DNA of 64,000 nt from Acidobacteriota bacterium. Lineage in GTDB: Bacteria > Acidobacteriota > Blastocatellia > UBA7656. The DNA is taken from contig JACQDB010000106.1 of the NCBI GenBank assembly GCA_016201275.1, positions 11,752-75,751 on the forward strand, given 5' to 3'. This document shows positions 1 through 12,702 of this stretch, piece by piece (the first letter of the stretch is position 1; every line of letters starts with the position of its first letter). The notes below the pieces were generated by a model, which was not told the origin of the DNA, searched no databases, and was given only the letters and a program-made list of their open reading frames with translations. Made by a program: the position numbers and the translations under genes.

Positions 1-140
1 GCCATTCGGCAAATCCACGCAGGCCTTCGAGGCAAGAGTGTTGCAGGCAAGTTTGCGATTCAGCTTCTAAATTAAGGAGAAAGTTTGCCGGTTCATCGTT
101 CCGCCGAGGGGTTTCGGCGAGCCTGCAAGCCTGACGAATT

Positions 141-653
141 ATGAAAAAATTTTGCATCGCAGGGTGGTTGATTTTTGCGCTGGCAATGTCTGTCGCCGCC
201 TTTGATTCGCCTTGGCGACAGGCCAGCGAAAAAGAGTTGGAGGCAGTAATTCCAGCGCGTGCGCCAGTCGAAAACGAACGCATCGAAACCGAATTGCGAA
301 CCGCGTCGGGCGTCACTGACGGGCATGGCAAATTCATCGCCGGAGTGGTGATGATTACCGCAGGCTATGCGGCGGATGGCAAGTATTCGCACTTCTTTTT
401 CAATCAGGTCGCTATCAAAGTCGGCGAGACGAAATTAAAAATCGGGGAATACGTTTTCGGCTCGAAGCGCATTGATGACGATGCGCTTGAAGTCAAATTT
501 TACGAAGCGGCAACCGGCAAATACGTCGGCTCCGTCAAAGCCGTCAAAGAGAGCAAACGCGGCGCTGTGCGTTCGCTGTTGATTGCGCCGCCGGAAAACG
601 GCAAAGGCGTGATGCAGATCGGGCGCTTCTTTTTCGGCTATGAATTGCAGTAG
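141..653 (+). CDS. hypothetical secreted protein
   Basis: 170-aa ORF. The N-terminus MKKFCIAGWLIFALAMSVAA looks like a Sec signal peptide. No family recognised. Confidence 0.55.
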   Translation: MKKFCIAGWLIFALAMSVAAFDSPWRQASEKELEAVIPARAPVENERIETELRTASGVTDGHGKFIAGVVMITAGYAADGKYSHFFFNQVAIKVGETKLKIGEYVFGSKRIDDDALEVKFYEAATGKYVGSVKAVKESKRGAVRSLLIAPPENGKGVMQIGRFFFGYELQ

Positions 654-697
654 CGCACGAGCGCGCAACTTGCGCCCTTGCTTACAGGAGAAATTTT

Positions 698-2023
698 ATG
701 CGGGTTAGCAAATTGATTACGGCTCTGATGCTTTTCATACTGGCGGGTTCTATGCTTGCGCCTTGGGCGCTTTCGGCAGATAAACCGGCAAAAGAGAAAG
801 CTGCAAATGCGGTTGCTCCGATTGAATTATCAAAGCTTGATGCCCTCGCCAAAAAACGCCTGACGGCAACCGCACGGGTCGCGTTGGTGGCGGAAACTTC
901 CGAACTGTTCACAGGCATTGAAAATTTAGAACCGCCGGAAACGCATCGCGTGCCGAATTATCTGCGCGCCATTGCTGCTTTACCGAACGCAACGAAACCG
1001 CTTGCCCATTTGCTCAAAACCGTAATTTATGGCGGCACGCTTGCGCCGGAAACCAAGTTGAGCATGGGATTAAGAATTTCGCAACTCACTGCCAGCCCGT
1101 ATGTGGCCGCGCACTTGCAACGACTGCTTGGTGGCAGCGCACGCGGACAGCAGATGCTCACCGGCATCAAGGCGAACGAGGCGGAAGCGATGAGCGCGGC
1201 TGACCGTCTGGCGTTGCGTTACGCCGAAGCCTTGACCCAAGAAGTTCACGGGGTCAGCGATGAAGATTTCCAAAAGACCCGCGCTTATTTCAACGACTCG
1301 CAGATTGTCGAATTGACCATGACGGTTTGCTTCTTCAATTACTTCACGCGCTTTTGCGAAGCCTTGAACTTGCCTGTTGAAGAGTGGGCGCTCAACACAG
1401 CGGCGGCAACATCGCTGGCGCAAAACTACGCGCCGCCGGTTGCCCGTGTGGCGCTGATTTCCGATGCCCAGATGCAGGCGGCAAGCGACGTATTGGCGGC
1501 CTCGAAGAACACCCAAGCAGCGGCATCGGGTCTGGGCTTGGGCATCGCCAATTCGCAAAGGGCGATGCTCAGAGTGCCGGATATTTCGGCAGCCTGGCGC
1601 GCTTTCGGCACGGCGGCGCGGGACTACGCCGAGGTGAGCCGCGAAATTAAATTGCACGTTTCGTTTGCGGTTTCGATGGCCAATGGCTGTCGTTACTGCA
1701 CCCTGCATCAGGTGTTGGGACTGCGACGCTTAAAGGTTGATCCGGCGAAGTTGATGGCGATGAAGAAAGACGACGCCGCCTTGTCTGCGCGAGAACTTGC
1801 GGCGGTCACTTTTGCGCGCCAATTGACACGCGCACCGGCGACGATTTCCGATGGCGATTATGAAAAGTTGAAGGCCGAGTTTAAGGAACAAGGAGCGCTC
1901 GAAGTGTTATTGCAAACCTGCAATTTCGCCTTTATGAATCGCTTTACCGACGGCTTGCGTCTGCCTTCCGAAGACGAAGCCATACGAGTCTATAAAGAGG
2001 TTTACGGCGCGGAGTGGAAATAA
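698..2023 (+). CDS. carboxymuconolactone decarboxylase/AhpD-like family protein (two CMD-like halves, exported)
   Basis: 441-aa ORF with a CAGGAGA SD just upstream and a signal-peptide-like N-terminus. It has two AhpD/CMD-like halves, and the second carries GCRYCTLH (CxxC-type motif). Confidence 0.7.
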   Translation: MRVSKLITALMLFILAGSMLAPWALSADKPAKEKAANAVAPIELSKLDALAKKRLTATARVALVAETSELFTGIENLEPPETHRVPNYLRAIAALPNATKPLAHLLKTVIYGGTLAPETKLSMGLRISQLTASPYVAAHLQRLLGGSARGQQMLTGIKANEAEAMSAADRLALRYAEALTQEVHGVSDEDFQKTRAYFNDSQIVELTMTVCFFNYFTRFCEALNLPVEEWALNTAAATSLAQNYAPPVARVALISDAQMQAASDVLAASKNTQAAASGLGLGIANSQRAMLRVPDISAAWRAFGTAARDYAEVSREIKLHVSFAVSMANGCRYCTLHQVLGLRRLKVDPAKLMAMKKDDAALSARELAAVTFARQLTRAPATISDGDYEKLKAEFKEQGALEVLLQTCNFAFMNRFTDGLRLPSEDEAIRVYKEVYGAEWK

Positions 2024-2054
2024 AACCATCTGGCGAAACGACCGGAGACGCGAG

Positions 2055-2112
2055 GCGTTTTGCCGCCCTCTATAACCGTCAATTCCGACAGGCATAGAGG
2101 GCGGCGAAACGC
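2055..2112. terminator. hairpin between convergent genes (possible bidirectional terminator)
   Basis: gcgttttgccgccctctat (2055-2073) pairs with atagagggcggcgaaacgc (2094-2112), 18/19 complementary. It lies between the stop at 2023 (+) and the stop at 2149 (-). No clean T-run. Confidence 0.45.
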
Positions 2113-2148
2113 AGCGCTTTGATTTTGCCTTTTCAAGTGCGCCTTCCC

Positions 2149-2595
2149 TTACGACAATTTCGCTTTCACCAAGTCGCTGAGAGTTTTGCCGTCAATGGTC
2201 TTGCCTACGAGTTTGGCGCGTGCGGCTTTCATCACCGCGCCCATATCTTTTGCCGTCGTCGCTGCGGTTTCTTCGATAGCGGTGGCGACGGCCTCGGTCA
2301 ACTCTTCCAGGCTTGCGGCGGCAGGCAGGTATTCCTGAATGATGCGCGCTTCGTTCTCTTCTTTCAGCGCCATCTCTTCGCGTCCGCCATTGCGAAAGGC
2401 TTCAGCGGCATCGCGGCGTTGTTTCAGCAACGTGCCTAAAACTTTGGCGGCTTCGGCATCATCCACGCTGCCCGGCAATTCCGTTTCGCGCAATTTCAAA
2501 GCGGTCTTCACCATGCGAAGGGCGCTCAAACGCTCGGCCTCTCTGGCCTTCATCGCCGTCACAAGGTCCTGATTGATTTGTTCTACGATTGTCAT
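2149..2595 (-). CDS. GatB/YqeY domain-containing protein
   Basis: 148 aa. MTIVEQINQDLVTAMKAREAERLSALRMVKTALK is the typical YqeY N-terminus. GAGGAA SD before the ATG at 2595. Confidence 0.85.
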   Translation of the reverse strand: MTIVEQINQDLVTAMKAREAERLSALRMVKTALKLRETELPGSVDDAEAAKVLGTLLKQRRDAAEAFRNGGREEMALKEENEARIIQEYLPAAASLEELTEAVATAIEETAATTAKDMGAVMKAARAKLVGKTIDGKTLSDLVKAKLS

Positions 2596-2628
2596 AATTC
2601 CTCATATCTTGAACAGAAATTCGGCTGC

Positions 2629-4938
2629 TCACTTTTGCGCCGCGTCGCCGTTTTTGCCTTTGGCTTTGCCGTTTTCGCCTTCCTGTTCGAGTTTGTAAAA
2701 ATCTAGCATCACGTCGGACTGGCCGCGCAAATCGCGTTCGAGGCGATTCAACGCGACGCGCACCACATCGCGGTGATGAACGCGGCGGCGGCTCGGTATA
2801 TTGCTCACCTGTAGCCACAGTTTATGAATCAAGGCGACATCGTCTTCCTTGAGATTCGGCGCGTGCGCTCCCATATAGACCACCTGTTCAGCGCCCACCA
2901 GGTCAACCACCTTGAAGCAAACTTCGCGGCGCGGACGGCTGCCCAGCGCTTCCCACGACCGCCCCAAGGCACGCGCCTGTTCCTGCGGCGTCATCTTGTG
3001 GGAAAGCCCGGCGACAATCTCCGCCGAATCCAGTTGCAAGGCGGTCTGCGCCACGGCATCGAAAACACTGGTTGCTGGCACAATAACCAGATCAACCGGC
3101 TTGCCATGTTTTTCCGCCAACGCGACGACCCGGGTAAATAACTTTTGCTCGTAGCTGGTGAAGAGGTTTTCATCATAGACTTCGCGCTCCGCGCCATCCG
3201 GCCCGGCTACCAATCGCGTCGTCATCACTACGATGTCGCGCTCTTCGGTATTGGTCTTTTCCAAGGTCTTTTCCAGATGGCTCAGAGTATTGAAGTCGCG
3301 CACCGCGACCAACACATTGCCCGGTCTTACGCCAACAACTTTCTGGTTGATCTCTTCGCTGTGCTGCAATTGAAACTGATCCAAAGAGGCGATAGTGCGA
3401 TCTAACTTCTGTTTGTTTTTATATTCCGAAATCGTAAAGATGACAAAGAAAATCGCGGTGAAGGCAATTCCGGAAACGGTGGCCACCTGTTTGGTCAACA
3501 AATTAATAATCGCTATGGAAGCCAGAAACAGGGCAATCAAAATCAACCCGAAGGGGATTTCGGTTCGCCCTATACGAAGGTTGCCCGGCACTCGCCATTC
3601 GCGGCCTTCGGGATGTTTGAAGCGCAAGACCACAGAGGCCACGGCGTTAAAAGTAAAACTCCAGATGACGCCGAAGGCATAGGCTTCGCCAAGATAAAAG
3701 ATATTGCCGCGTGAAGCGATAATCGTCACGATTTGCAGAATCGCCACGAGGTTGATAAGGCGATAGGTCGTGCCATATTTTTGGTGTGGAGCGCGATACC
3801 AATCGGTCAACACGCCATCTTCCGAGATGCGATTCAAAACGCCGTTTGAGCCAATGATGGCGGTATTGACCGCGCCGGAAAGCATGATAAATCCGACCAG
3901 CACTACGAAAGCCTGAAACAACAACTTTAAGGATTGCGGCCCTACGAAATGTAGCGCTAACCCCGAAATCAAATTGCCGCCATACTCTTTCACCCGCACA
4001 TCATCGGGAATTAGGGCAACGGCAAAGAACGATACGAGCGAAGTGAAAACCAACGAATAAACAAAGATCACCCATCCGGCTTTCTGTAGATTTTTTAGTT
4101 TGGGATATTCCAATTCGCGGTTGACTTGTGCCAACGTCTCTTCGCCGCTTAAGGCGAGTATCGAATGGCCGAAGGCCATCATCACGCCAATCAAGCCGAC
4201 CACACCAGAAAGTTTGCCGACGAAACTGAAACGTCCGCCCTCTTCGGTAAACCAACCCGTGTGACGGAGCCAGCCCAGCGCCTTTTCATCAAAGTTCAAA
4301 TTTGCAGGCGTAGGCGCAGGCGGTAACTGCCCACCGTGTTGTGCCAGCGTCAACAGCGCCCACAAAATCATGATGACAATCATCACCGTCGCAATCTTCA
4401 TGATTCGCAGCGCGTCTTCCGATGATTCGTGTATGCCTTTGATGTTGCGCCACCAAAAATAAATCGTCACCAAAATGGCAAGACCGGCAGCCAGATGATT
4501 GATGGTATCGTCAGAGGGATTCCAAGTATAACCAAAGTACGTCATGGTGGAGGAAACCAGTCCAACGATGTATTGCCCCGCAGAGACGCCGGAAATCGGC
4601 CCCGTCAAAATGAAATCGAAGATCAGCGCCGAAACGCTGAGTTTGGCCATCGTGCCACCCATCGCTTCTTTGACGACGCGATAGACGCCGCCGCGTGTGA
4701 ACATCGAAGACGATTCGATGTACAAAGCGCGCACCGCATAGCTGAACAGCATGACGCCGAGAATAAACCACGGCGCGGCTTTGCCGACGAACTGTTCGGA
4801 GATGCCGCCGACATAAAAAGCCGACGAACCTAAATCGTTCAGCACGATGGCAGCGGCGCGCCAGAACGAAATGAACGACAACATTACCGAGGTCGCAACC
4901 ACGACGCGGACTCGGTTATTGGATTTCGGAGTTTCCAT
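2629..4938 (-). CDS. APC-family amino acid/cation permease with C-terminal USP-like cytoplasmic domain
   Basis: Long ORF 2629-5103. I place the start at the ATG at 4938 (METPKSNN...). It has about 12 hydrophobic segments followed by a ~250-aa soluble tail (VLVAVRDFNTLSHLEKTL...VDLVIVPATS) resembling a universal stress protein fold. Confidence 0.75.
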   Translation of the reverse strand: METPKSNNRVRVVVATSVMLSFISFWRAAAIVLNDLGSSAFYVGGISEQFVGKAAPWFILGVMLFSYAVRALYIESSSMFTRGGVYRVVKEAMGGTMAKLSVSALIFDFILTGPISGVSAGQYIVGLVSSTMTYFGYTWNPSDDTINHLAAGLAILVTIYFWWRNIKGIHESSEDALRIMKIATVMIVIMILWALLTLAQHGGQLPPAPTPANLNFDEKALGWLRHTGWFTEEGGRFSFVGKLSGVVGLIGVMMAFGHSILALSGEETLAQVNRELEYPKLKNLQKAGWVIFVYSLVFTSLVSFFAVALIPDDVRVKEYGGNLISGLALHFVGPQSLKLLFQAFVVLVGFIMLSGAVNTAIIGSNGVLNRISEDGVLTDWYRAPHQKYGTTYRLINLVAILQIVTIIASRGNIFYLGEAYAFGVIWSFTFNAVASVVLRFKHPEGREWRVPGNLRIGRTEIPFGLILIALFLASIAIINLLTKQVATVSGIAFTAIFFVIFTISEYKNKQKLDRTIASLDQFQLQHSEEINQKVVGVRPGNVLVAVRDFNTLSHLEKTLEKTNTEERDIVVMTTRLVAGPDGAEREVYDENLFTSYEQKLFTRVVALAEKHGKPVDLVIVPATSVFDAVAQTALQLDSAEIVAGLSHKMTPQEQARALGRSWEALGSRPRREVCFKVVDLVGAEQVVYMGAHAPNLKEDDVALIHKLWLQVSNIPSRRRVHHRDVVRVALNRLERDLRGQSDVMLDFYKLEQEGENGKAKGKNGDAAQK

Positions 4939-5150
4939 TATTGATTTCAGAACCTCTGTGCAAGCGGGACTGTGGCAACCAAACCAGTAGCTGCAAAAGT
5001 AAAGGGATAGCATACGCTCAGAGAGGTTCTTGTCAAGGCGTTCGGATTGATTGCGGCTTACGGCAGCAGGGCCGCCTGGAAGTGCCGTGATAGAGCCAAT
5101 CAAGTTCAGCCCACATACCCAAAACCGGCGGCAAAGAGTAAACTGCCATT

Positions 5151-6380
5151 ATGCAACTGACGCGCATTGAGGCTTACGGGTTTCGCAACCTCGAAGGCTT
5201 CGTGGAAACTTCTGCCGGCCTGAATATTTTTTACGGCGACAATGCACAGGGCAAAACCAACTGGCTGGAAGCGATATATGTTCTCGGCAGCAGCAAATCA
5301 TTCCGCACCAATCAGGTGCGCGATTGCCTCAACTTCAACACTCACGAAGCCAGGATTCGCGGCGAGGTGTTGCGCGGCACGCTGCGAAAGCAACTGCAAC
5401 TGTTCCTCAACGACACCACCAAACAACTCTTCATCAACGGCAAACGCGAAGCCGTGACGCGCTATCTGGGCAACCTTGATGTCTTCGTCTTTTCGCTCGA
5501 AGAGATGGATGTGATTCGCGGCGACCCCACCAGTCGTCGCCGCTTTCTGGATCGCGGCGTAGCTACTCTGATGCCGTCGTTCATCGGCACGCTGGCGAAA
5601 TACAATCACCTGCTCAAACAGAAGAATCGCCTGCTTGCAGAAGCCAGCCAGAGCAAGGCTCCGGAAACTTTTTATCCGCAGGTCGAAGTCTGGAACGATC
5701 AGTTGGTCGAAGCCGGAACGGTAATTCACAAAGCCCGTGTCCGCTACATCGAACGCTTGAATCAGACGCTTGATGAAAACGATCATGGGCGAGCGATCTT
5801 CGGCGCTGAACGCATCAACCTGCGCTACAAATCGCACCTCGAAGGCAAAGGCGATCTGGACCAGTACCGGCAACTTTTCCGCGAGCGTTTAGAGGTTCGT
5901 TTGGCTGCCGAAGTGGCTTCCGGTCACGCCCTTTTGGGGCCGCATCGTGACGATTTGGAGATTCTTGCAGACGGGCGCGAAGTAGCGCGTTTCGGCAGCG
6001 CCGGACAACAGCGAAGTGCCTTAATTTTGCTTGATTTAGCGCAGGTTTCCATCTACAATTTTACTTACGAAGAAAGCCCGGTTTTACTCATAGATGACAT
6101 TGATGCGGAGCTTGACCGAGGGCGCATCGAAGCCCTACTTGTCGTGCTTGAGGGCAACGCGCAAACCTTCATCAGCACCTCGCGCCGCAGCATCGCCAAT
6201 CGCTATCGCGACCGCGCCGCCGTTTATTGGGTAGAGCAAGGGCAGGCCGTGAATGAACCATCTAGCGTCTCTCGTTTGGCAAGTCAAGACCCGGAAAACT
6301 CTGCCGATGAATTGGCGCGAGCCGTGCGCGAAAGGGTGGACCAAGAGGAGTCGGAAGACCTGGGGATGCAGGCAGAATGA
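5151..6380 (+). CDS. recF: DNA replication/repair protein RecF
   Basis: MQLTRIEAYGFRNLEG...FYGDNAQGKTNWLEAIY (Walker A) and LLIDDIDAELD (Walker B). Located directly upstream of gyrB. Confidence 0.95.
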   Translation: MQLTRIEAYGFRNLEGFVETSAGLNIFYGDNAQGKTNWLEAIYVLGSSKSFRTNQVRDCLNFNTHEARIRGEVLRGTLRKQLQLFLNDTTKQLFINGKREAVTRYLGNLDVFVFSLEEMDVIRGDPTSRRRFLDRGVATLMPSFIGTLAKYNHLLKQKNRLLAEASQSKAPETFYPQVEVWNDQLVEAGTVIHKARVRYIERLNQTLDENDHGRAIFGAERINLRYKSHLEGKGDLDQYRQLFRERLEVRLAAEVASGHALLGPHRDDLEILADGREVARFGSAGQQRSALILLDLAQVSIYNFTYEESPVLLIDDIDAELDRGRIEALLVVLEGNAQTFISTSRRSIANRYRDRAAVYWVEQGQAVNEPSSVSRLASQDPENSADELARAVRERVDQEESEDLGMQAE

Positions 6381-6455
6381 AGTGCTTGAGTGCGAACTGG
6401 AAAGCCCCTCGCACGGCATCCGGCAGCGCGTATTTCATCTCATGATTTCGAGTAA

Positions 6456-8924
<2,469 letters not shown>

Positions 8925-8955
8925 CGCGCTCGCTAGTGAGTCAAGGTAGAGAGAT

Positions 8956-9026
8956 GTTAGGTAGCCCCGCTTTCAGGCGGAAGTTGTCGCCTTCAGAGGC
9001 TTCCGCCTGAAAGCAGGACTACCTAA
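8956..9026. repeat. 71-bp imperfect palindrome downstream of gyrB (REP-like or terminator hairpin)
   Basis: gttaggtagccccgctttcaggcggaag ... cttccgcctgaaagcaggactacctaac. The arms are ~28 nt with two mismatches or bulges. No T-run follows. Confidence 0.5.
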
Positions 9027-9142
9027 CCTTGCCTTTCTCGCCTCGTTGAATCACTACAACGCGCCAATCATTTGCGCTGCGAGTCTGCGATCTTTGACAG
9101 ACAGCAGGCGCGACGCGCAAGTTTCCAATTAAACCGAACTTT

Positions 9143-10903
9143 GTGTCAGTCACCTATCAAACGATTTCTCCGCCAAGCCTCTCGCCTACCCGTCGCGAGT
9201 TTTTTTCCGCCGGTCTTCTCTTATTAATTTTTTCTGTGATCCTGTTTCTGCCGGTCTTCGTCAACGGCTTTCCGAGCGGTCACGATGGTTATGTGCAGTA
9301 TCGTTGGGCGGCGCAATTCATCGAGGCAATGCAAGAGCCGGGGGTGTGGTATCCGCGCTGGCTGGGCAGCGGCAACAATTATTCGGGCAGCCCTGTGATG
9401 CTGTACTATCCGCCGCTGCCGTTTTTTCTGATGGCCTTTTTTCATCTCTTCACCGGCGACACGCTGCACGCTATGACAGTCGCTTGCCTGCTGGCGCTGC
9501 TGCTGTCAGGCGTAACGATGTATGTTTTTCTGCGCTCGTTTTTCACTTATCGAATCGCTATTTTTGCGGCGGCGTTTTATATGGCCGCGCCCTATCATCT
9601 GCATGATTTTTATCAGCGATCAGCGCTGGCGGAATTCTGGGCGTTCGCCTGGTTGCCGCTGATCCTGCACGCCATTTATCGCCTCAACCAACGCCCTCAC
9701 AGCGGCGCGATAGTTTATTTGGGATTCAGTTCTGCGGCGCTGTTTTTGACGCACATACCGATTGCGTTTGCCTTCGCTTTGGTGTTGCCGATTTACCTTT
9801 TGTGGTTGACCAGAGACTGGCGGCGCTTGCTACGAATCGGCGCGGGCTTTGGGTTGGGCGCAGGGTTGAGCGCCATCTTTTTATTGCCGGTGCTGTTGGA
9901 ACGCGACTATGTGAAAATCTCTCGCTTGCTCGGCATACGCTTTTCCAACTATTGGAGCTTTGAAGAAGTGTTCCGCAGTCCGCTATGGCAACTCTCCCCG
10001 GAGAAAGAGTTTTACCTATTAAAGCTCATTGATCTGATGGCAGTGGGATTGGCGCTGCTGGTTTTCTTGAGCGCGGCAGTTTATTTTCTGCAACGCAAAA
10101 CTCTGAAAGCCGCGCCTACCTTGCACAAGGTGTTGCTTGCCTTGTGGTGCATTTCGGCGCTTTGTCTATTTTTGATGCTGCGGGTTTCGACCTTCATATG
10201 GGAAGTTTTCCCTCTGCTTGCTTATCTGCAATTTCCGTTTCGCTGGCTGACTATGGCATCGCTCGGCGCGGCGATGCTTGTAGCATTTATCACTCTCGCG
10301 CTGCGGCAACCAAGCCGCTGGCGCATTCCCTTCGGCATGGCTTTCGCGCTGCTGCTGTGCTTTATTGCGGCAATCAGTTTTCTGGTCATCAAACAAGCGC
10401 CGCACGAACGCGACCGCCTTATACGTCCCGGCATGACGCTGGAAGTCAAAGAGTATCATCCGGTGTGGTGGGACAAACGCAAGAACGAAGACGAGGTGGA
10501 CGAAGCGACGGTTTTGAAGATGCGTTTACCAGTGGTCGCGGTCACTGAGGGCGATGCCGATATTCAAGCTATAGATGACGAAGGCGTACAACAAACCTAT
10601 GCCATCAAGTCTCGACAGCATACGACGTTGAAGTTTCGCACGCTCTATTTTCCCGGCTGGAAAGCTTATGTGGATGATCAGGCGGTTGAAGTGCAACCAG
10701 GCAAAGAAGGCTACATCGAATTGATGGTGGAAAGTGGCGAACATCTGTTGCGCTTGAATCTTGAAGAGACGCGCCCACGCCGCTTCGGAAAAATCATTTC
10801 GCTCATTGCTCTCTTTGTTGCTCTCTGCTTAATTGCCATTGCCACACGTCAACGCCTACAATCTACCGACGCGAATGACACTCCTGATGACGAGGCGCAA
10901 TGA
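9143..10903 (+). CDS. polytopic membrane protein, PTPS-related/YfhO-like (putative GT-C-fold glycosyltransferase), paralog 1
   Basis: 586 aa with a GTG start. It has many TM segments, the N-terminal motif NGFPSGHDG...VWYPRWLG...SPVMLYYPPL, and the C-terminal soluble motif LYFPGWKAYVDDQAVEV. About 50% identical by eye to the next gene. Confidence 0.65.
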   Translation: MSVTYQTISPPSLSPTRREFFSAGLLLLIFSVILFLPVFVNGFPSGHDGYVQYRWAAQFIEAMQEPGVWYPRWLGSGNNYSGSPVMLYYPPLPFFLMAFFHLFTGDTLHAMTVACLLALLLSGVTMYVFLRSFFTYRIAIFAAAFYMAAPYHLHDFYQRSALAEFWAFAWLPLILHAIYRLNQRPHSGAIVYLGFSSAALFLTHIPIAFAFALVLPIYLLWLTRDWRRLLRIGAGFGLGAGLSAIFLLPVLLERDYVKISRLLGIRFSNYWSFEEVFRSPLWQLSPEKEFYLLKLIDLMAVGLALLVFLSAAVYFLQRKTLKAAPTLHKVLLALWCISALCLFLMLRVSTFIWEVFPLLAYLQFPFRWLTMASLGAAMLVAFITLALRQPSRWRIPFGMAFALLLCFIAAISFLVIKQAPHERDRLIRPGMTLEVKEYHPVWWDKRKNEDEVDEATVLKMRLPVVAVTEGDADIQAIDDEGVQQTYAIKSRQHTTLKFRTLYFPGWKAYVDDQAVEVQPGKEGYIELMVESGEHLLRLNLEETRPRRFGKIISLIALFVALCLIAIATRQRLQSTDANDTPDDEAQ

Positions 10904-12690
10904 TCGAGCCGACTTCTCATAAACCGCAGGGTTCGGCGGTGCGGGAATCCGCAGACGAAAGCGCAGACCCATTGAAGCTCTCCCCTTCACGCGCTCCCTT
11001 CTACAAACGCGAAGGCTTTGTGGTTGCCGTCTTCACGTTTCTACTGACGACTATCGTATTCATACCGATACTGAAAAATGGCTTTCCCAGCGGCGTAGAT
11101 TCCGACCGCCACTTTCAATGGATCACGCAATTCAGCGAGGCCTTGAAAGAGCCGGGGGTATGGTATCCGCGCTGGTTGGGCAGCGCCAATAATCAGCTGG
11201 GCAGTCCGGTGATGCTCTATTATCCGCCGCTATCGTTTTATGTAGCGGCGTTGTTCGAGCGCTTGACCGGCGACGCGCAAAAGGCTTTGGTGTGGAGTTG
11301 TTTTGCAGCGTTGATGCTTTCCGGTTTGACGCTGTATCGCCTCAGCCGCGAATTTTTTTCGCCGCCGCTCAGTCTGTTTGCAGCGGCACTCTATATGCTC
11401 GCGCCCTATCATCTGCTGGATTTGTATCATGGCGGGGCAGTGCCGGAGTTCTGGTCTTTCGTGTGGCTGCCTTTGGTGCTGCACGCCGTGCAACAGGTTG
11501 CTGTCAAACCAAACCGCAAAACGATACTCTATCTGGCAATCAGTTACACCTTGCTTTTATTGACCCACATTCCCATATCGTTCGTGTTGTCGCTGGTGCT
11601 GCCGATTTATATTTTGTTATTGACGCGCCGCTTTACGGCGTTATGGAAGATCGCTGCCGGTCTGGTGTTGGGCTTGAGCCTCAGCGCGTTCTTTCTTTTG
11701 CCGGTGGTTTTCGAGCGCGAGGCGGTGCGTATGAATGCTTTGCTGCGCCTGGAATACGATCAATATTTCGTTCTACAACGGACGCGACTGGCGCGAAAAA
11801 TCCCATTGTTTACTGATGATTTGGCATATTATGAAGGTCATGCCGGTGACCTCAAAGCTCCGAGTTTCCGCTATCTGATCAAGAATGAACAAGCGGCGCT
11901 CGGTTTGCCGCTGCTCGTCGTGATCGGTGCTTTGTTGCTTTTCGTCAATCGCAAATATTGGCGCGAACACCTGGCGCAAAAACGCTTCGTGATAGCGATT
12001 TGGATCATCACCGCGCTGACCTTGTTGATGGCGAGCAAAAGTTCGCTGTTCATCTGGAAAGGATTTTCTCTGCTCACTTTTCTGCAATTCCCTTGGCGCT
12101 GGCTGGCATTGACCACGGTGGGCGGTTCACTGGTAAGCGCCGCCGTGCTGGCAATGTCGCTGCGCGCCAAACGCTGGCGAATACTGTACGCTTCGTTGCT
12201 GGCGTTGGTGGTTTTCGTCAATCTGACACTAAGTTTTTTTCTGGTGCTGCGCGCTCCTTTTGAAGATGGCGATTTCAACACTACTCTCAAACGCCGCGAA
12301 GCGCCCGAATACCGCACGATCTGGTGGGACTCTCAGTTGCACGAAGATGAAGAGTTGCCGCCATATCAAATCAAAAGCGGCGAGGCGGAAGTGCAGGTGT
12401 CGGACGGCGCGGGCAGTCATCAAACGTATGTGATGACTGCCCGCAGCGCCTCGGTGGTGGATATTAACGCGCTCTATTTTCCCGGTTGGGCGGTGCGTGT
12501 GGACGGCAGGCCAACCGCGATTGCGCCCAGCGCCGAAGGCTATATCGAATTCAACGTAGAGATTGGCGAACACCGCGTGACCGCCGATTTCGAGGACACC
12601 CGCCCACGCCTTGTCGGAAAAATCATTTCCATTCTCAGCTTACTTCTCGTTGCCGTGTGGTCATTTTTCGCGTATCGAAAAAAAGCTTGA
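10900..12690 (+). CDS. polytopic membrane protein, PTPS-related/YfhO-like (putative GT-C-fold glycosyltransferase), paralog 2
   Basis: 596 aa. The start ATG overlaps the upstream stop (ATGA at 10900-10903). It shares the motifs of paralog 1 (NGFPSGVDS...VWYPRWLG...SPVMLYYPPL; LYFPGWAVRVDGRPTAI). Confidence 0.65.
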   Translation: MIEPTSHKPQGSAVRESADESADPLKLSPSRAPFYKREGFVVAVFTFLLTTIVFIPILKNGFPSGVDSDRHFQWITQFSEALKEPGVWYPRWLGSANNQLGSPVMLYYPPLSFYVAALFERLTGDAQKALVWSCFAALMLSGLTLYRLSREFFSPPLSLFAAALYMLAPYHLLDLYHGGAVPEFWSFVWLPLVLHAVQQVAVKPNRKTILYLAISYTLLLLTHIPISFVLSLVLPIYILLLTRRFTALWKIAAGLVLGLSLSAFFLLPVVFEREAVRMNALLRLEYDQYFVLQRTRLARKIPLFTDDLAYYEGHAGDLKAPSFRYLIKNEQAALGLPLLVVIGALLLFVNRKYWREHLAQKRFVIAIWIITALTLLMASKSSLFIWKGFSLLTFLQFPWRWLALTTVGGSLVSAAVLAMSLRAKRWRILYASLLALVVFVNLTLSFFLVLRAPFEDGDFNTTLKRREAPEYRTIWWDSQLHEDEELPPYQIKSGEAEVQVSDGAGSHQTYVMTARSASVVDINALYFPGWAVRVDGRPTAIAPSAEGYIEFNVEIGEHRVTADFEDTRPRLVGKIISILSLLLVAVWSFFAYRKKA

Positions 12691-12702
12691 GAGGTTTGTA
12701 AC

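Noticed and set aside
1-75. Possible 3' end of an upstream + strand gene (frame 1 open to the TAA at 73-75).
   Set aside because: Only 24 codons are visible and nothing is recognisable, which is too short to support.
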